Positions 29,461 through 39,416 of a DNA stretch of 64,000 bases are shown piece by piece (within the stretch, counting starts at the first letter, position 1; every line of letters begins with the position of its first letter). The notes under the pieces were generated by a model. The model was not told the DNA's origin and did not search any database. It saw nothing but the letters and a program-made list of their open reading frames with translations. Both the position numbers and the translations under genes were made by a program. Origin of the DNA: an uncultured Dehalococcoidia bacterium (lineage in GTDB: Bacteria; Chloroflexota; Dehalococcoidia; Lucifugimonadales; UBA1127); the NCBI GenBank assembly GCA_964625945.1, contig CAZVDP010000011.1:112-64111 (forward strand), in the 5' to 3' direction.

Positions 29461-30516
29461 CTAGTCCAGACTCCGCAAAAATGCCACCAAAACTTCAATT
29501 TGCTGTTCATCTAAAGCCAAAGCCGGGTTCGCATAGACTGGAGCTTCCTTAAACATCAGATTGTCTGGCTTCAACTTGTCAGGGTCCCTCAGCCAATCCT
29601 CAAGATTCTCGGCGGTGTTGTCCAAGAGGCCTGCCGCTAGCGTCGTTCGGCTAGCGAAATGTGCCAGATTGGGGCCTGTCCGCACGCGAGGGGTCGAACT
29701 TTCTGTCTCAAGATCCGTAACACCGACAATATGACACAGGGTACAAGCGCCTGCGCCGCGAAATACCGCGAGCCCTTCGACGACCGCAGCTTGATCCGAC
29801 GCAGTAGCGGGCGCCTGCTGGCCGGCAACCCAGTCGGAGAAATCTGCGTCCGAGTGAGCGATCACCCTGAACCTCATCAGGGCATGCGATGTCCCACAGA
29901 GTTCGGCACATTGGCCGAGGTAGGTCCCTTCTGAATTGGGATCAATAGTAAAAGTGGGAAGTCGATTCACGTAGCCCGGAACCATGTCAACTTTCCCTGC
30001 AATCTTCGGGACCCAAAAGCTATGTAAAACGTCCTCAGATTCTAACTGAATGCTAACGGGTCGCCCGACAGGGACGCGGAGTTCGTTAGCAGTCACGAAG
30101 CCGTGATCGGTATACTGAAATTCCCACCACCACTGGTGCGCAATCGCTCGGACATGAAGTGCGTCAGCCGGCGGCTCCTTATCCAATTCCCAAAGCGTGG
30201 ACACGGTTGGGACTGCCAGTCCTGCCAGTAGGATCACAGGAGCGATCGTCCAGGCGATTTCTAAGCGGGTGTTACCATGGGTCTGCACTGGGAGGGTATC
30301 CTGGCCTGGCTTCTTGCGGAATCGAATGATCGTGTAAAGAAGCGCTCCTTGAACCACCACCATCACGAAAATGGCGGCCCCTGTAACCCAGAGGAGAAGG
30401 TCAAGCTGTTTAGCTGCCACATCAGCAACTGGATTAAACGTTGACTGCGTTTGCGTTTTCGAACATGCAGTCAACAGAAATACACCTAGTAAGACGAATG
30501 CGAAGCGTGTTATCAC
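29461..30516 (-). CDS. coxB: cytochrome c oxidase subunit II with fused C-terminal cytochrome c domain (caa3-type)
   Basis: CuA site HSFWVP...CAELCGTSHALM. Heme-c motif CTLCH in the C-terminal domain. Confidence 0.93.
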   Translation of the reverse strand: MITRFAFVLLGVFLLTACSKTQTQSTFNPVADVAAKQLDLLLWVTGAAIFVMVVVQGALLYTIIRFRKKPGQDTLPVQTHGNTRLEIAWTIAPVILLAGLAVPTVSTLWELDKEPPADALHVRAIAHQWWWEFQYTDHGFVTANELRVPVGRPVSIQLESEDVLHSFWVPKIAGKVDMVPGYVNRLPTFTIDPNSEGTYLGQCAELCGTSHALMRFRVIAHSDADFSDWVAGQQAPATASDQAAVVEGLAVFRGAGACTLCHIVGVTDLETESSTPRVRTGPNLAHFASRTTLAAGLLDNTAENLEDWLRDPDKLKPDNLMFKEAPVYANPALALDEQQIEVLVAFLRSLD

Positions 30517-30656
30517 CGCGCACCTCTTGCGCGCTTAACGGAATTGTTGGCATTTTGAGGGGAAGATTGTGGAATTTTACACATATTCTGCAGCGCCCCA
30601 CGATACCAGACAGCAGGAATCCCGTCAAGATGTTCCTGGTTATGCTAGACTAGCTG

Positions 30657-32513
30657 GTGGACGACTACATGGGACATCTGCCAATACAAAATCGACACCG
30701 AGCCCCCAAGCAGAGCTCTAACCCCACACACGGATATCCTCAAATTTATAAACACAATCGAAACAACGGGCTCGCAATCTTGGTCTCGGCTGCCATCATC
30801 TCCGTGTTAGCCCTCATAACCTTGGGTGGAACTGTCCGCGTCACTGAGTCAGGCCTCGGATGCCCCGACTGGCCCCTCTGCCACGGCAGCCTGATTGCAC
30901 CTGCGGGCTTCCACACATGGATAGAGTTCTCGCACCGGCTGGTCGCTACCGTCGTGGCATTCTTCGTTTTTTCAGCTACCGTCTTTGCCTACAAGATCAA
31001 TCGCGGCCCCTCACACACTCGGGCAGCGTTGCTGTTGGCTTCTATTTTGGTAGTGGTCGAGATTTTAGTCGGTGGATTGACCGTCCTGACTGAACTGCCC
31101 CCGGCCACGGTAACACTCCATCTAGGCATCGCACAGATTATTTTTTCGTCCTTAATTCTCGCGCTTGTCCCTCTTTTATTGATAAGACCTACGCCACTCC
31201 CAGTAGGATCGCCACTACTACGATGGGCTACTCTCTCAATCGTTATGACTTTAGTCACTACACTCGTCGGCTCCTACGTAGTTGGAGCAGGCGCTTCTGG
31301 AGCTTGCCCCGATTGGCCTTCATGCGGCGCACTCGATAACATCCTCGCGTGGAAGCATATGGCTCATCGGTTTCTGGCTATCATTTTGGTTCTGGCAGTC
31401 GGGGGATTCGTATGGGTTGCTTGGTCTTACAGACATTCCAAACAGATCCGCCGCATCAGCCTAGTCGCTTCCGTATTTTTACTCGCACAGATCGCGATGG
31501 GAGCGGCGATCCCATGGAGCGACTTCGGGGCATTGCCTCGAATATTACACCTTACGCTTGCAACCACATTGCTGGGCTCATTGGTGGCTGCATTTTACCT
31601 AGGTTGGTCAGCTGAGCATCATTCCCTTCCTTCTGAAGCACCACGCCTTCAGGATCAATTGCTTGACTACCTGCGGCTCACGAAACCACCAATCATTGTC
31701 CTGTTGATGATCACCGCGTTCGGCAGTATGTTCCTCGCTGCTAAGGGCGTCCCTCAACCGAGTGTGATGCTGACTGTGCTTATTGGCGGAAGCATGGCAG
31801 CCGGTGGAGCTAGTACTTTGAACCATGTCCTAGAGAGAAACAGTGACGCCATGATGCGAAGAACAAGACGGCGCCCAGTCGCTTCCAATAGGGTGACTCC
31901 GGCTCGAGCGACGGTATTTGGACTGGGGCTAAACTGTGTTGCTTTTATGATATTCGTAGTTGGCGCGAACCCATTGAGCGCGTTTTTATCGATAGCTGCC
32001 AGTGCATTCTACGTTATTATCTATACGCTATGGCTCAAACGCTCAACACACCAGAACATTGTCATTGGGGGTGCAGCAGGTGCGCTGCCCCCTGTAATTG
32101 GCTGGGCAGCAGTAACAGGAAGTGTCGACCTGAATGCACTTTACCTGTTCTCCATTATTTTCTTCTGGACTCCCCCACATTTCTGGGCGCTAGCGTTGCT
32201 CATTAAAAGCGACTACGCGCTTGCGAAAATTCCAATGCTCCCCGTAGTGAAGGGCGAAGCAACAACCATCAGGAGCATTCTCTTGCATTCAATTCTTCTC
32301 GTTACCATAAGCCTTTTATTTACAACTCTAGGAACGGTTGGAATTATCTATCTGGCTACCGCGTCTGTCCTCGGATCTGGATTGCTCTGGTTGTGCTGGC
32401 GATTGTTGCGTGATGGTGGCGTACGTGCCGCGCGACGTCTCTATCTCTACTCTCTCTTATATCTCGCTCTACTTTTTGGGTGCATGATCCCTGATAGCAT
32501 CTTGGCCATATAG
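30657..32513 (+). CDS. ctaA-ctaB: fused heme A synthase (CtaA/COX15) and protoheme IX farnesyltransferase (CtaB/heme O synthase)
   Basis: The N-terminal half has the CtaA Cys pairs GLGCPDWPLCHG and SGACPDWPSCG. The C-terminal half, from about LDYLRLTKPPIIVLL, is UbiA-type CtaB. The start is ambiguous (GTG 30657 or ATG 30669). Confidence 0.9.
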   Translation: MDDYMGHLPIQNRHRAPKQSSNPTHGYPQIYKHNRNNGLAILVSAAIISVLALITLGGTVRVTESGLGCPDWPLCHGSLIAPAGFHTWIEFSHRLVATVVAFFVFSATVFAYKINRGPSHTRAALLLASILVVVEILVGGLTVLTELPPATVTLHLGIAQIIFSSLILALVPLLLIRPTPLPVGSPLLRWATLSIVMTLVTTLVGSYVVGAGASGACPDWPSCGALDNILAWKHMAHRFLAIILVLAVGGFVWVAWSYRHSKQIRRISLVASVFLLAQIAMGAAIPWSDFGALPRILHLTLATTLLGSLVAAFYLGWSAEHHSLPSEAPRLQDQLLDYLRLTKPPIIVLLMITAFGSMFLAAKGVPQPSVMLTVLIGGSMAAGGASTLNHVLERNSDAMMRRTRRRPVASNRVTPARATVFGLGLNCVAFMIFVVGANPLSAFLSIAASAFYVIIYTLWLKRSTHQNIVIGGAAGALPPVIGWAAVTGSVDLNALYLFSIIFFWTPPHFWALALLIKSDYALAKIPMLPVVKGEATTIRSILLHSILLVTISLLFTTLGTVGIIYLATASVLGSGLLWLCWRLLRDGGVRAARRLYLYSLLYLALLFGCMIPDSILAI

Positions 32514-32635
32514 ACGATGAAGGCGCCTTAGAGACTAATAGGAGCTAAATAACTTTCCCCGCTCAGTTTGTAACGTGGCACGTATGCGTCATCGACCAGA
32601 GATCACCAGCGCAGACCCACGTGCCATCGCTGTGC

Positions 32636-33583
32636 CTATTTACGTGCTATTGCCCTTCGGGCAGCATCAGCAACATGGCTGGCAGTTAACCCATACTTTT
32701 CTAGCAACTGTTCTGCCTTGCCTGACTCAGCATACTGCCTCACGCCGACGGTTTCTATTGGAACGGGACAAGCGTTCCCTACAACACTAGCAACAAGACT
32801 TCCTAACCCACCATGCACATAATGTTCTTCCACTGTAACAAGCGCGCCAGTAGCTCTAGCGATACGGGCAATCGCCCCGTCATCGATCGGGTGGAGCGTA
32901 TGAATATTTAATACCGCAGCAGAGATGTCTTCGTTAGCTAGCACATTTGCCGCTTCGAGGGCTGTAGAAACCATTGACCCACACGCAAGGATGCCCACAT
33001 CCGTCCCATCTTTCAACGCTTCAGCTTTGCCCAATTCGAACTCACAAGCCCCCCGGTGGACCATGGGTGTCGCAGGGCGAAAGAGTCGGATGTACACAGG
33101 TCCTTTCAAATCTGCGGCCGCACGGACTGCAAGAGCTGTCTCCTCAGCGTCCGATGGTGTGATCACAGTCATGGTCGGCAGGCTTAACATTAGAGCGAGG
33201 TCTTCGATGCTCTGGGCGGAGATACCATCTTCTCCAGTAAGAAGGCCCGCGTGCGTGCATACCAATTTGACATTTAGAGACGGCTGGGCGACCCCTAAAC
33301 GTATTTGATCAAATGCTCTTCCCGTACCAAACACAGCGAAAGTCGAGCAGAACGGGATCTTTCCTGCAGCTGCTAGCCCTGCTGCCGCACTAATCATGTT
33401 CTGTTCTGCAGCCCCGAAATCAAAAAACCTTTCAGGGAACGCCTTGCCGAAAAGGTGTGTGAAAGTGGAAACATTGAGATCGCCGCCCAGAACCACTATC
33501 TTGGGGTTCTCCTCGCCCAACTCAACTAAAGTCTTTCCATATTGCTCTCGCGTAGAGGCCGTCTCCCATTGGATCACTTTCAT
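32636..33583 (-). CDS. transketolase, C-terminal (pyrimidine-binding) subunit
   Basis: 315-aa Transket_pyr plus C-terminal domain pattern. Immediately downstream of the N-terminal subunit gene. Confidence 0.9.
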   Translation of the reverse strand: MKVIQWETASTREQYGKTLVELGEENPKIVVLGGDLNVSTFTHLFGKAFPERFFDFGAAEQNMISAAAGLAAAGKIPFCSTFAVFGTGRAFDQIRLGVAQPSLNVKLVCTHAGLLTGEDGISAQSIEDLALMLSLPTMTVITPSDAEETALAVRAAADLKGPVYIRLFRPATPMVHRGACEFELGKAEALKDGTDVGILACGSMVSTALEAANVLANEDISAAVLNIHTLHPIDDGAIARIARATGALVTVEEHYVHGGLGSLVASVVGNACPVPIETVGVRQYAESGKAEQLLEKYGLTASHVADAARRAIARK

Positions 33584-33595
33584 TTCTCCCCTAAC

Positions 33596-34444
33596 CTAAA
33601 ACTCTACTCCTAGCTCCTGCAAGGCTTGTTCTAGTTGTTCTGGATTGGGAGCCTTACCATGGAAGTCGGGATTGTTTTCCATGAAGCTGACTCCTTTGCC
33701 CTTCACGGTATGTGCGACAATCACGGTCGGTTTCCCGCTTGCTTGTTCTGCTTCGTCAAAAGCTGAAAGAAGGTCCGCAAAATCATGCCCATCAACCTCC
33801 CGCACGCTCCACCCAAAGGCCCTCCACCGATCCGATAAAGGCTCTAGACTCATTACTTCACTGGTAAATCTATCATTCTGGATACGGTTTCTGTCCACGA
33901 TTGCGGTGAGCCTATCTAGCTTGTAAAAAGGTGCCGCCATGGCTGCCTCCCAAACCTGGCCCTCATTCAACTCCCCGTCTCCCATGAGTACGAAGACCCT
34001 CGCTGGGCGTGCATCAAGCCGATTAGCCAATGCTACGCCTATCCCGAATGAGAGGCCTTGCCCCAACGATCCAGACGACATCTCCACACCAGGTGTACCA
34101 AGCTTCGCATGTCCCTGTAGCCGACTATTGATCTGACGGAATGTACTCAGTTCCTCGACAGGAAAATAGCCGCTTCGAGCGAGCACCGAATACAGGACTG
34201 GGCATGCATGCCCTTTGCTCTCAATAAATCGATCTCGCTCTAACCATTCCGGTTCTTGAGGATTGTGTCGCAGGACCCGGAAATACAGAGCGACGAGAAT
34301 CTCCACTGCGGAGAGCGACCCTCCCGGGTGCCCACTTGCAGCATTTGCCGTCATTGTTACGATATCTTTTCTGACTTCGCGGGCGACTACCCTTAAGTCA
34401 TTAAGAGTGTCGTCGGTATAAGGCGAATGACGTACATTATCCAT
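33596..34444 (-). CDS. transketolase, N-terminal (TPP-binding) subunit
   Basis: GHPGGSLS and the TPP motif LMGDGELNEGQVWEA. Confidence 0.9.
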   Translation of the reverse strand: MDNVRHSPYTDDTLNDLRVVAREVRKDIVTMTANAASGHPGGSLSAVEILVALYFRVLRHNPQEPEWLERDRFIESKGHACPVLYSVLARSGYFPVEELSTFRQINSRLQGHAKLGTPGVEMSSGSLGQGLSFGIGVALANRLDARPARVFVLMGDGELNEGQVWEAAMAAPFYKLDRLTAIVDRNRIQNDRFTSEVMSLEPLSDRWRAFGWSVREVDGHDFADLLSAFDEAEQASGKPTVIVAHTVKGKGVSFMENNPDFHGKAPNPEQLEQALQELGVEF

Positions 34445-34493
34445 GCGGTCCCATCTTTCAATCTGTGTGATTTCCGTACCGTGCCCAGACTGG

Positions 34494-34522
34494 ATTATAG
34501 GTGCACGCTTCCAGCCTGTCTA
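34494..34522 (-). promoter_or_regulatory. candidate sigma70-type promoter of the split-transketolase operon
   Basis: Minus strand reads TAGACA (34522-34517), 17-nt spacer, TATAAT (34499-34494). About 50 nt upstream of ATG 34444. Confidence 0.4.
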
Positions 34523-34557
34523 GAAAAAGCACCGAAAGCAATGACGCTAGCAAACCA

Positions 34558-35046
34558 CTACCGCACTCGACTCACCGCGAGCGCCCCGGCAACAATAACC
34601 CCCGCGATAGTGTAGAGATTCTGAGGCGCCAGATACGGCGTAGAGGCCTCGAATCCAATATAGACCATGAGGACACTTCCGAAGGCTAGGGCGCGAAACG
34701 CTTTTCTAGTTTCAAGCCTACCAATCGCGTTAATTACATCACCGATTATGTGTCCCGCCGCCAGCAAGCCTACGAACAAGATAATCCAACTGAAACTATG
34801 TGGAACAAATTGGGCGGCAACGCCCAGCAAGAGGCCGATGCCCAAACCGATCCCAATGCCGGCAACTAAGCCGAGCATATAAGTTTTTCCGACAAGCCTG
34901 AGAGCCATAATTGGATTTCGAGCACCTGCGCAGGAAGGACATCGCGAGCCCACGATTGTAACAACATTGCACTTCACGCAGATTGGCCGGTCACACTTAC
35001 CGCATTTGAGCAGCGTTTCAACTCGACGATGAGCAGCACAATACAC
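34558..35046 (-). CDS. B-box-type zinc-ribbon membrane protein, function unknown
   Basis: N-terminal Cys cluster CAAH...CGKCDRPICVKC...CPSC, followed by about 4 TM helices. Confidence 0.5.
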   Translation of the reverse strand: MYCAAHRRVETLLKCGKCDRPICVKCNVVTIVGSRCPSCAGARNPIMALRLVGKTYMLGLVAGIGIGLGIGLLLGVAAQFVPHSFSWIILFVGLLAAGHIIGDVINAIGRLETRKAFRALAFGSVLMVYIGFEASTPYLAPQNLYTIAGVIVAGALAVSRVR

Positions 35047-35063
35047 GCGTTTTCCTTCTCCTG

Positions 35064-35735
35064 TTAATCTGTATTCTTGGCCCTGTTACTCAACCAGGCA
35101 TCTCTGCGTGCAACATCCCGATCATAGGCCAGTCTATACAGGAAAAGACGGACATGTCCGCTCTTTGGCATTGGTTTCTCCCAATTACTTGTTAGTCTCT
35201 TTATCAGCACCAACAGTAAGAGGCCAGTCAATAGCCATGTGACTTCACGGGGTTGGCGAAGCCAGATCGAGAGGGGGATCGTAGCTGTCATGCCGATAAT
35301 CATCCATAAGGCCAAGTTTCGTAGAAACAACCAGCCTATAACGCCCACAACAATTGAACCCATCAACAATTGTTGCCAAAGACCGAATCCGACATACGCG
35401 CCCATCGCAGTAGCAACGCCTCTACCCCCCGTGAATCGGATGTATGGCGACCAGTTGTGCCCAACTACTGTAGCCAACCCTAACGCGGCCTGATAGCCCA
35501 AGCTTAATCCGAAAAGTTTCGCCAAGACAATCGGGAGCGTTCCCTTCACAAAGCCATCAAACAGGCCCACAGCCAACCCGCTACGCAGCCCTATCTGCCG
35601 GATATAGTTGGATGCGCCGACATTACCCGTGCCATGCCTTCTCAAATCAATTCCGGACTGGACACGAGCGGCTAAATATGCAGTGGGGATTCCCCCGAGA
35701 AGATAAGCTACGATTATGACGACTAACTGCTCCAC
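35064..35735 (-). CDS. plsY: glycerol-3-phosphate acyltransferase PlsY
   Basis: AYLLGGIPTAY...HGTGNVGASN... motifs of the PlsY family; polytopic. Confidence 0.9.
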   Translation of the reverse strand: MEQLVVIIVAYLLGGIPTAYLAARVQSGIDLRRHGTGNVGASNYIRQIGLRSGLAVGLFDGFVKGTLPIVLAKLFGLSLGYQAALGLATVVGHNWSPYIRFTGGRGVATAMGAYVGFGLWQQLLMGSIVVGVIGWLFLRNLALWMIIGMTATIPLSIWLRQPREVTWLLTGLLLLVLIKRLTSNWEKPMPKSGHVRLFLYRLAYDRDVARRDAWLSNRAKNTD

Positions 35736-35778
35736 AACTTGAGACCCTCCTCAGTTGCAATACGCGGACAGCCTCGAG

Positions 35779-36615
35779 CTAGGAAATCAGAGACTTCAAA
35801 CGCTTGATAGAAGCCATCGGCGGCCCAACAGTACCAGGAAGCATCTCGTCGGAGGACTCCATCGCGTGATAATCGGTCCCGCCACAAGGAATTAGATCAT
35901 ACTGATAGGACAATCGCTGGAGCCAAGACACTTCCTCAATGGTGTAATCCTTGTAGTAAACTTCCATTCCCGCTAAGCCTTCGCGCTTCAGCATAGGGAG
36001 ATGTTTTTCTAGGTTTGAAACATAGCGCGCGGGATGTGCCAGAACGGGAACCCCTCCTACGGACCGAATCATGTTAATCGCCTTTTCCGTTGTAAGTTTG
36101 GTCCGGCCAACATATGCCATTCCTTCATCCCCGAGATATCGATCAAAGGCTTCCTGGACAGACTGAAAGTAGCCTTTCTCGACTAAAGCCCACGCTATGT
36201 GAGGTCTAGCGATCGCCCCTCCTTGAGCAAGTTCGATGACGCGTTCCCATTCAATTTGGAATCCAATTCGGATCAGATTCTCAACCATCCCCCTAGCTCT
36301 TTCCAGGCGTCCGTCCCGAAAGGTCATTAAGGAACTCTGAAAAGCAGAATTATCGATGTCTAAAAAGTACCCCAACATATGTACATCCCCATCCTCAGCG
36401 GGAAGCACGGCACCCAGCTCGATGCCGCAAATTAACTCAAAGCCAGGGTGGCGTTGAGCCTCAAGAATTGCGGCGCGGAGACCTTCTGTAGAATCGTGAT
36501 CAGTGATCGCAGCTACTTTCACGCCTCTCTCCACAAGAAGTCTGATTAACTCCTCGGGAGCGAGCCGTCCATCCGACGCGGTAGTGTGCAAATGCAAATC
36601 AACTAGTGCAGGCAT
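35779..36615 (-). CDS. PHP-domain phosphoesterase (TrpH/YciV-like)
   Basis: VDLHLHTTASDGRLAPEELI, ITDHDS, and C-terminal GGTDYH metal motifs. Confidence 0.8.
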   Translation of the reverse strand: MPALVDLHLHTTASDGRLAPEELIRLLVERGVKVAAITDHDSTEGLRAAILEAQRHPGFELICGIELGAVLPAEDGDVHMLGYFLDIDNSAFQSSLMTFRDGRLERARGMVENLIRIGFQIEWERVIELAQGGAIARPHIAWALVEKGYFQSVQEAFDRYLGDEGMAYVGRTKLTTEKAINMIRSVGGVPVLAHPARYVSNLEKHLPMLKREGLAGMEVYYKDYTIEEVSWLQRLSYQYDLIPCGGTDYHAMESSDEMLPGTVGPPMASIKRLKSLIS

Positions 36616-36626
36616 TTAAACGTCGT

Positions 36627-36665
36627 GACCCCTCAGACGCATGGAAACAATCCGTCTGAGGGGTC
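36627..36665 (-). terminator. 13-bp GC-rich hairpin downstream of rny (terminator or RNA-stability element)
   Basis: gacccctcagacg / 13-nt loop / cgtctgaggggtc. No clear U-tract follows on the minus strand. Confidence 0.45.
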
Positions 36666-36679
36666 AACTCCTTATCGAA

Positions 36680-38227
36680 TTACTTGGCAACCTCAACGGA
36701 TCGAGTCTCTCTAATGACCATGACCTTGATTTGGCCAGGATACACGAGCTTGACTTCAATCTGTTTGGCTATATCGCGAGCTAGCTTAGGAGCTGCTATC
36801 TCATCAACCTGATCAGGTTTCACCATCACGCGAACTTCCCGTCCAGCCTGAATGGCATAGCACCGATCTACGCCTGGGAAGTCACTGACCACTTCTTCAA
36901 TGGCGGCCAACCGTTTCACGTACGCTTCAAGGGTATCCCGGCGCGCACCCGGTCTAGCAGAGGTGATTGCGTCTGCCGCAACAACAATGAACGCTTCTAC
37001 AGATCCCTTGTCCTCATCATGGTGTTCCTCAATCGCCTGTCGAACCGGATCTGGAATTTGGTATTTGGCTGCCATCTCTGCACCAATTTCTGCGTGAGGC
37101 CCTTCCACTTCATGCGTAAGCGCTTTCCCAATATCATGTAAAAGTGCTCCCGCTTTCGAAACCTGGATATCGGCGCCTAACTCAGATGCTAACATGCCAG
37201 CGATCAAGCTTGCTTCTACACTATGTTGGAGGACGTTCCCTCCATAGCTGGTCCGATATTTCAACCTTCCCAGCAAGCTAATGAGGTCTGGGTGTAGACC
37301 TCGAACACCGGCATCGAAGATCGCTTGATCCCCTGCCTCCCTGATAACTTGGTCAACTTCTTTTTCTGCGCGTTCAACAGCTGTCTCTACACGCGCAGGG
37401 TGTATACGCCCATCTTTTATCAACTGTTCGAGAGCTACTCTCGCAACTTCCCGCCTGATCGGATCGAAGCACGAGATAGTAACTGCTTCTGGCGTATCAT
37501 CGATAATCAGGTCCACCCCTGTGGCCTGCTCAATTGCGCGGATATTCCGACCCTCGCGCCCGATAAGACGGCCCTTCATCTCATCGCTAGGTAGTGAAAC
37601 ACTGGTGACGGTAGACTCTGAGACGACGTCTGAAGCTAGCCTTTGTATAGCCAGTGCGATGTACTTGCGCGCCTTGTCATCAGCTTCTTCTCTATATCGA
37701 GCGTCAAGATCATAGTAATGCCGTGCAAGTTCGTGCTGACTATCGATTTCGGCTTGCTGCAGGATGGAGTCTTTTGCTTCTTGGCGAGTCAACGCCGCCA
37801 CAACCTCCAACTCCTTCAGCTGCTTCTCTTTCAAGTCATCTACTTCAGTTTGTGCCTCTTCAAGGCGTTGCTCTCTATCTCCTAGACCACGCTCCCGGCC
37901 TTCTATCGAATCCACTCGCCGGTCAAGATTTTCTTCTCTTTGCGTGAGGCGATTCTCCTGTCTCTGCATTTCCCGCCGTCGATCCCGGAGTTCCGACTCT
38001 GCGCTCGAACGGACTTGAATCGCTTCCTCTTTCGCATCAAGCAGTACTGTTTTCTTTTCCTGCTCAGCCTGGTCTACAATCAGAGCCGCTTTGGCTTCTG
38101 CCTCCGTCAGATGCCTTCCACCGAGCATTTTCCGGTAGAAGACACCGATCAATGTTCCCGCTCCTAAGGCCACGAGGACGGAAATTACCAGAATTAGGGC
38201 CAGTGTTATTCCTGACACTGGTATCAC
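36680..38227 (-). CDS. rny: ribonuclease Y
   Basis: N-terminal TM anchor, Glu/Arg-rich coiled coil, KH (GRLIGREGRNIRAIE), HD (LLHDIGK). Confidence 0.95.
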   Translation of the reverse strand: MIPVSGITLALILVISVLVALGAGTLIGVFYRKMLGGRHLTEAEAKAALIVDQAEQEKKTVLLDAKEEAIQVRSSAESELRDRRREMQRQENRLTQREENLDRRVDSIEGRERGLGDREQRLEEAQTEVDDLKEKQLKELEVVAALTRQEAKDSILQQAEIDSQHELARHYYDLDARYREEADDKARKYIALAIQRLASDVVSESTVTSVSLPSDEMKGRLIGREGRNIRAIEQATGVDLIIDDTPEAVTISCFDPIRREVARVALEQLIKDGRIHPARVETAVERAEKEVDQVIREAGDQAIFDAGVRGLHPDLISLLGRLKYRTSYGGNVLQHSVEASLIAGMLASELGADIQVSKAGALLHDIGKALTHEVEGPHAEIGAEMAAKYQIPDPVRQAIEEHHDEDKGSVEAFIVVAADAITSARPGARRDTLEAYVKRLAAIEEVVSDFPGVDRCYAIQAGREVRVMVKPDQVDEIAAPKLARDIAKQIEVKLVYPGQIKVMVIRETRSVEVAK

Positions 38228-38339
38228 CTTCCTTTCCGTCCAAAATATGTTAACGTTCCGAAGTCGGCCTCCGGGTTAAAATCATGATAACGACGCCCTC
38301 GCGAGGGTGTCAACTAAAGTGCTGCCCAGACCCCTGTGT

Positions 38340-39302
38340 TCACGCTGACAGCGGGAGTTCCGTCCCCAGCCCTTTTTCGAGCGCTTGTTTGTATACGTAC
38401 GCGGCAGCAGCGACGTCGCTGATCCCTATACCATGGGCAGAGAAAAGAGTGATTTCCTCATTGTTGTTTCGCCCGGAGACCCGCCCTGAGGTCACTTCCC
38501 AAAGTTCATTTACTTCTTCCCAGCGGACAGCTCCGCTTTCTATCGGGAAGAGCAGGTCACCAGAGTATCGCTTAGCTTCTTCAATGCTATCCACAACCAC
38601 CGTGCCTGATCGCTTGATAACTTCATCGTCAATTTCCCTACGGGTCCAGGCGTTTGCACCGCAGGCATTAATGTGCATACCCGCCTCAAGCCATTTTCCG
38701 AATAGAACCGGAGCGGGAGCAGTAGTCATTGTGACGATTATGTCGGCCCCGGCGACACACTCTTCAGGACTTTGTGATGCCTGGACTTCAACGCCGAGAA
38801 GAGCTGTCATTTCTTCGGCAAACTGTTGCGAGCGTTCAGGAAGGATATCAAAGGTTCGCACTTGCCGGATATCACGCACTGCACAAACCCCTTCTAGTTG
38901 TGCCCTTGCTTGAACACCTGTCCCGATAATGCCCACAATAGAAGAATCTTCCCGGGCCATTTGCTTGGTAGCCACCCCTGTCAACGCCCCAGTTCGAAGC
39001 TGAGAGCATCGGCCACCTTGCAACAAGGCAAGCAAGTCTCCTGTTTCACTATCGTGGAGAACCGTGATAAAACGTGATCCGCCTGGGAACCGCGCTGTAT
39101 AGATCTTCACGCCAACTACCTTGGTATCAAAAAGAGCACCAGGCATCACGTGGTGGAATCCAACCGGAGTGCGAATATGGGTCCGATGCTGACTCCAAGT
39201 CCGACCACGTGCAGCCTGATCCAACAAATCTTCCATGACGATTATGCAATCGTTCATATCCATGAGGGAATTAACTTCGGAATCTGTCAACAGAAGTGGC
39301 AT
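38340..39302 (-). CDS. ornithine cyclodeaminase / mu-crystallin family protein
   Basis: Family-typical length and Rossmann segment VGIIGTGVQAR. RBS GGAGGA. Confidence 0.8.
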   Translation of the reverse strand: MPLLLTDSEVNSLMDMNDCIIVMEDLLDQAARGRTWSQHRTHIRTPVGFHHVMPGALFDTKVVGVKIYTARFPGGSRFITVLHDSETGDLLALLQGGRCSQLRTGALTGVATKQMAREDSSIVGIIGTGVQARAQLEGVCAVRDIRQVRTFDILPERSQQFAEEMTALLGVEVQASQSPEECVAGADIIVTMTTAPAPVLFGKWLEAGMHINACGANAWTRREIDDEVIKRSGTVVVDSIEEAKRYSGDLLFPIESGAVRWEEVNELWEVTSGRVSGRNNNEEITLFSAHGIGISDVAAAAYVYKQALEKGLGTELPLSA

Positions 39303-39416
39303 CTCAATCCTCCAACTAGACTGGCGGTCAGTATAGCATGTGATTCCCCAGCAACGATCATTGAACCACAGGAACGTTTCAGTGATGCTGGTGTGCTTTT
39401 AGCAAAAGTCCATCCC

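Noticed and set aside
37325-38167. Cluster of plus-strand ORFs (64-97 aa) antisense to rny
   Set aside because: These are an artefact of the Glu/Arg/Lys-rich, stop-poor antisense frames of the rny coiled-coil region. The minus-strand RNase Y call is unambiguous.
38284-38913. Long antisense or alternate-frame ORFs: 38284..38913 (+), 17723..18247 (+), 15549..15992 (-), 40853..41278 (-), 52887..53279 (-), 28131..28658 (-), 51962..52351 (-)
   Set aside because: Each lies fully inside a confidently assigned gene on the other strand or frame, has low-complexity Ser/Arg/Pro-rich composition, and has no RBS or family resemblance.
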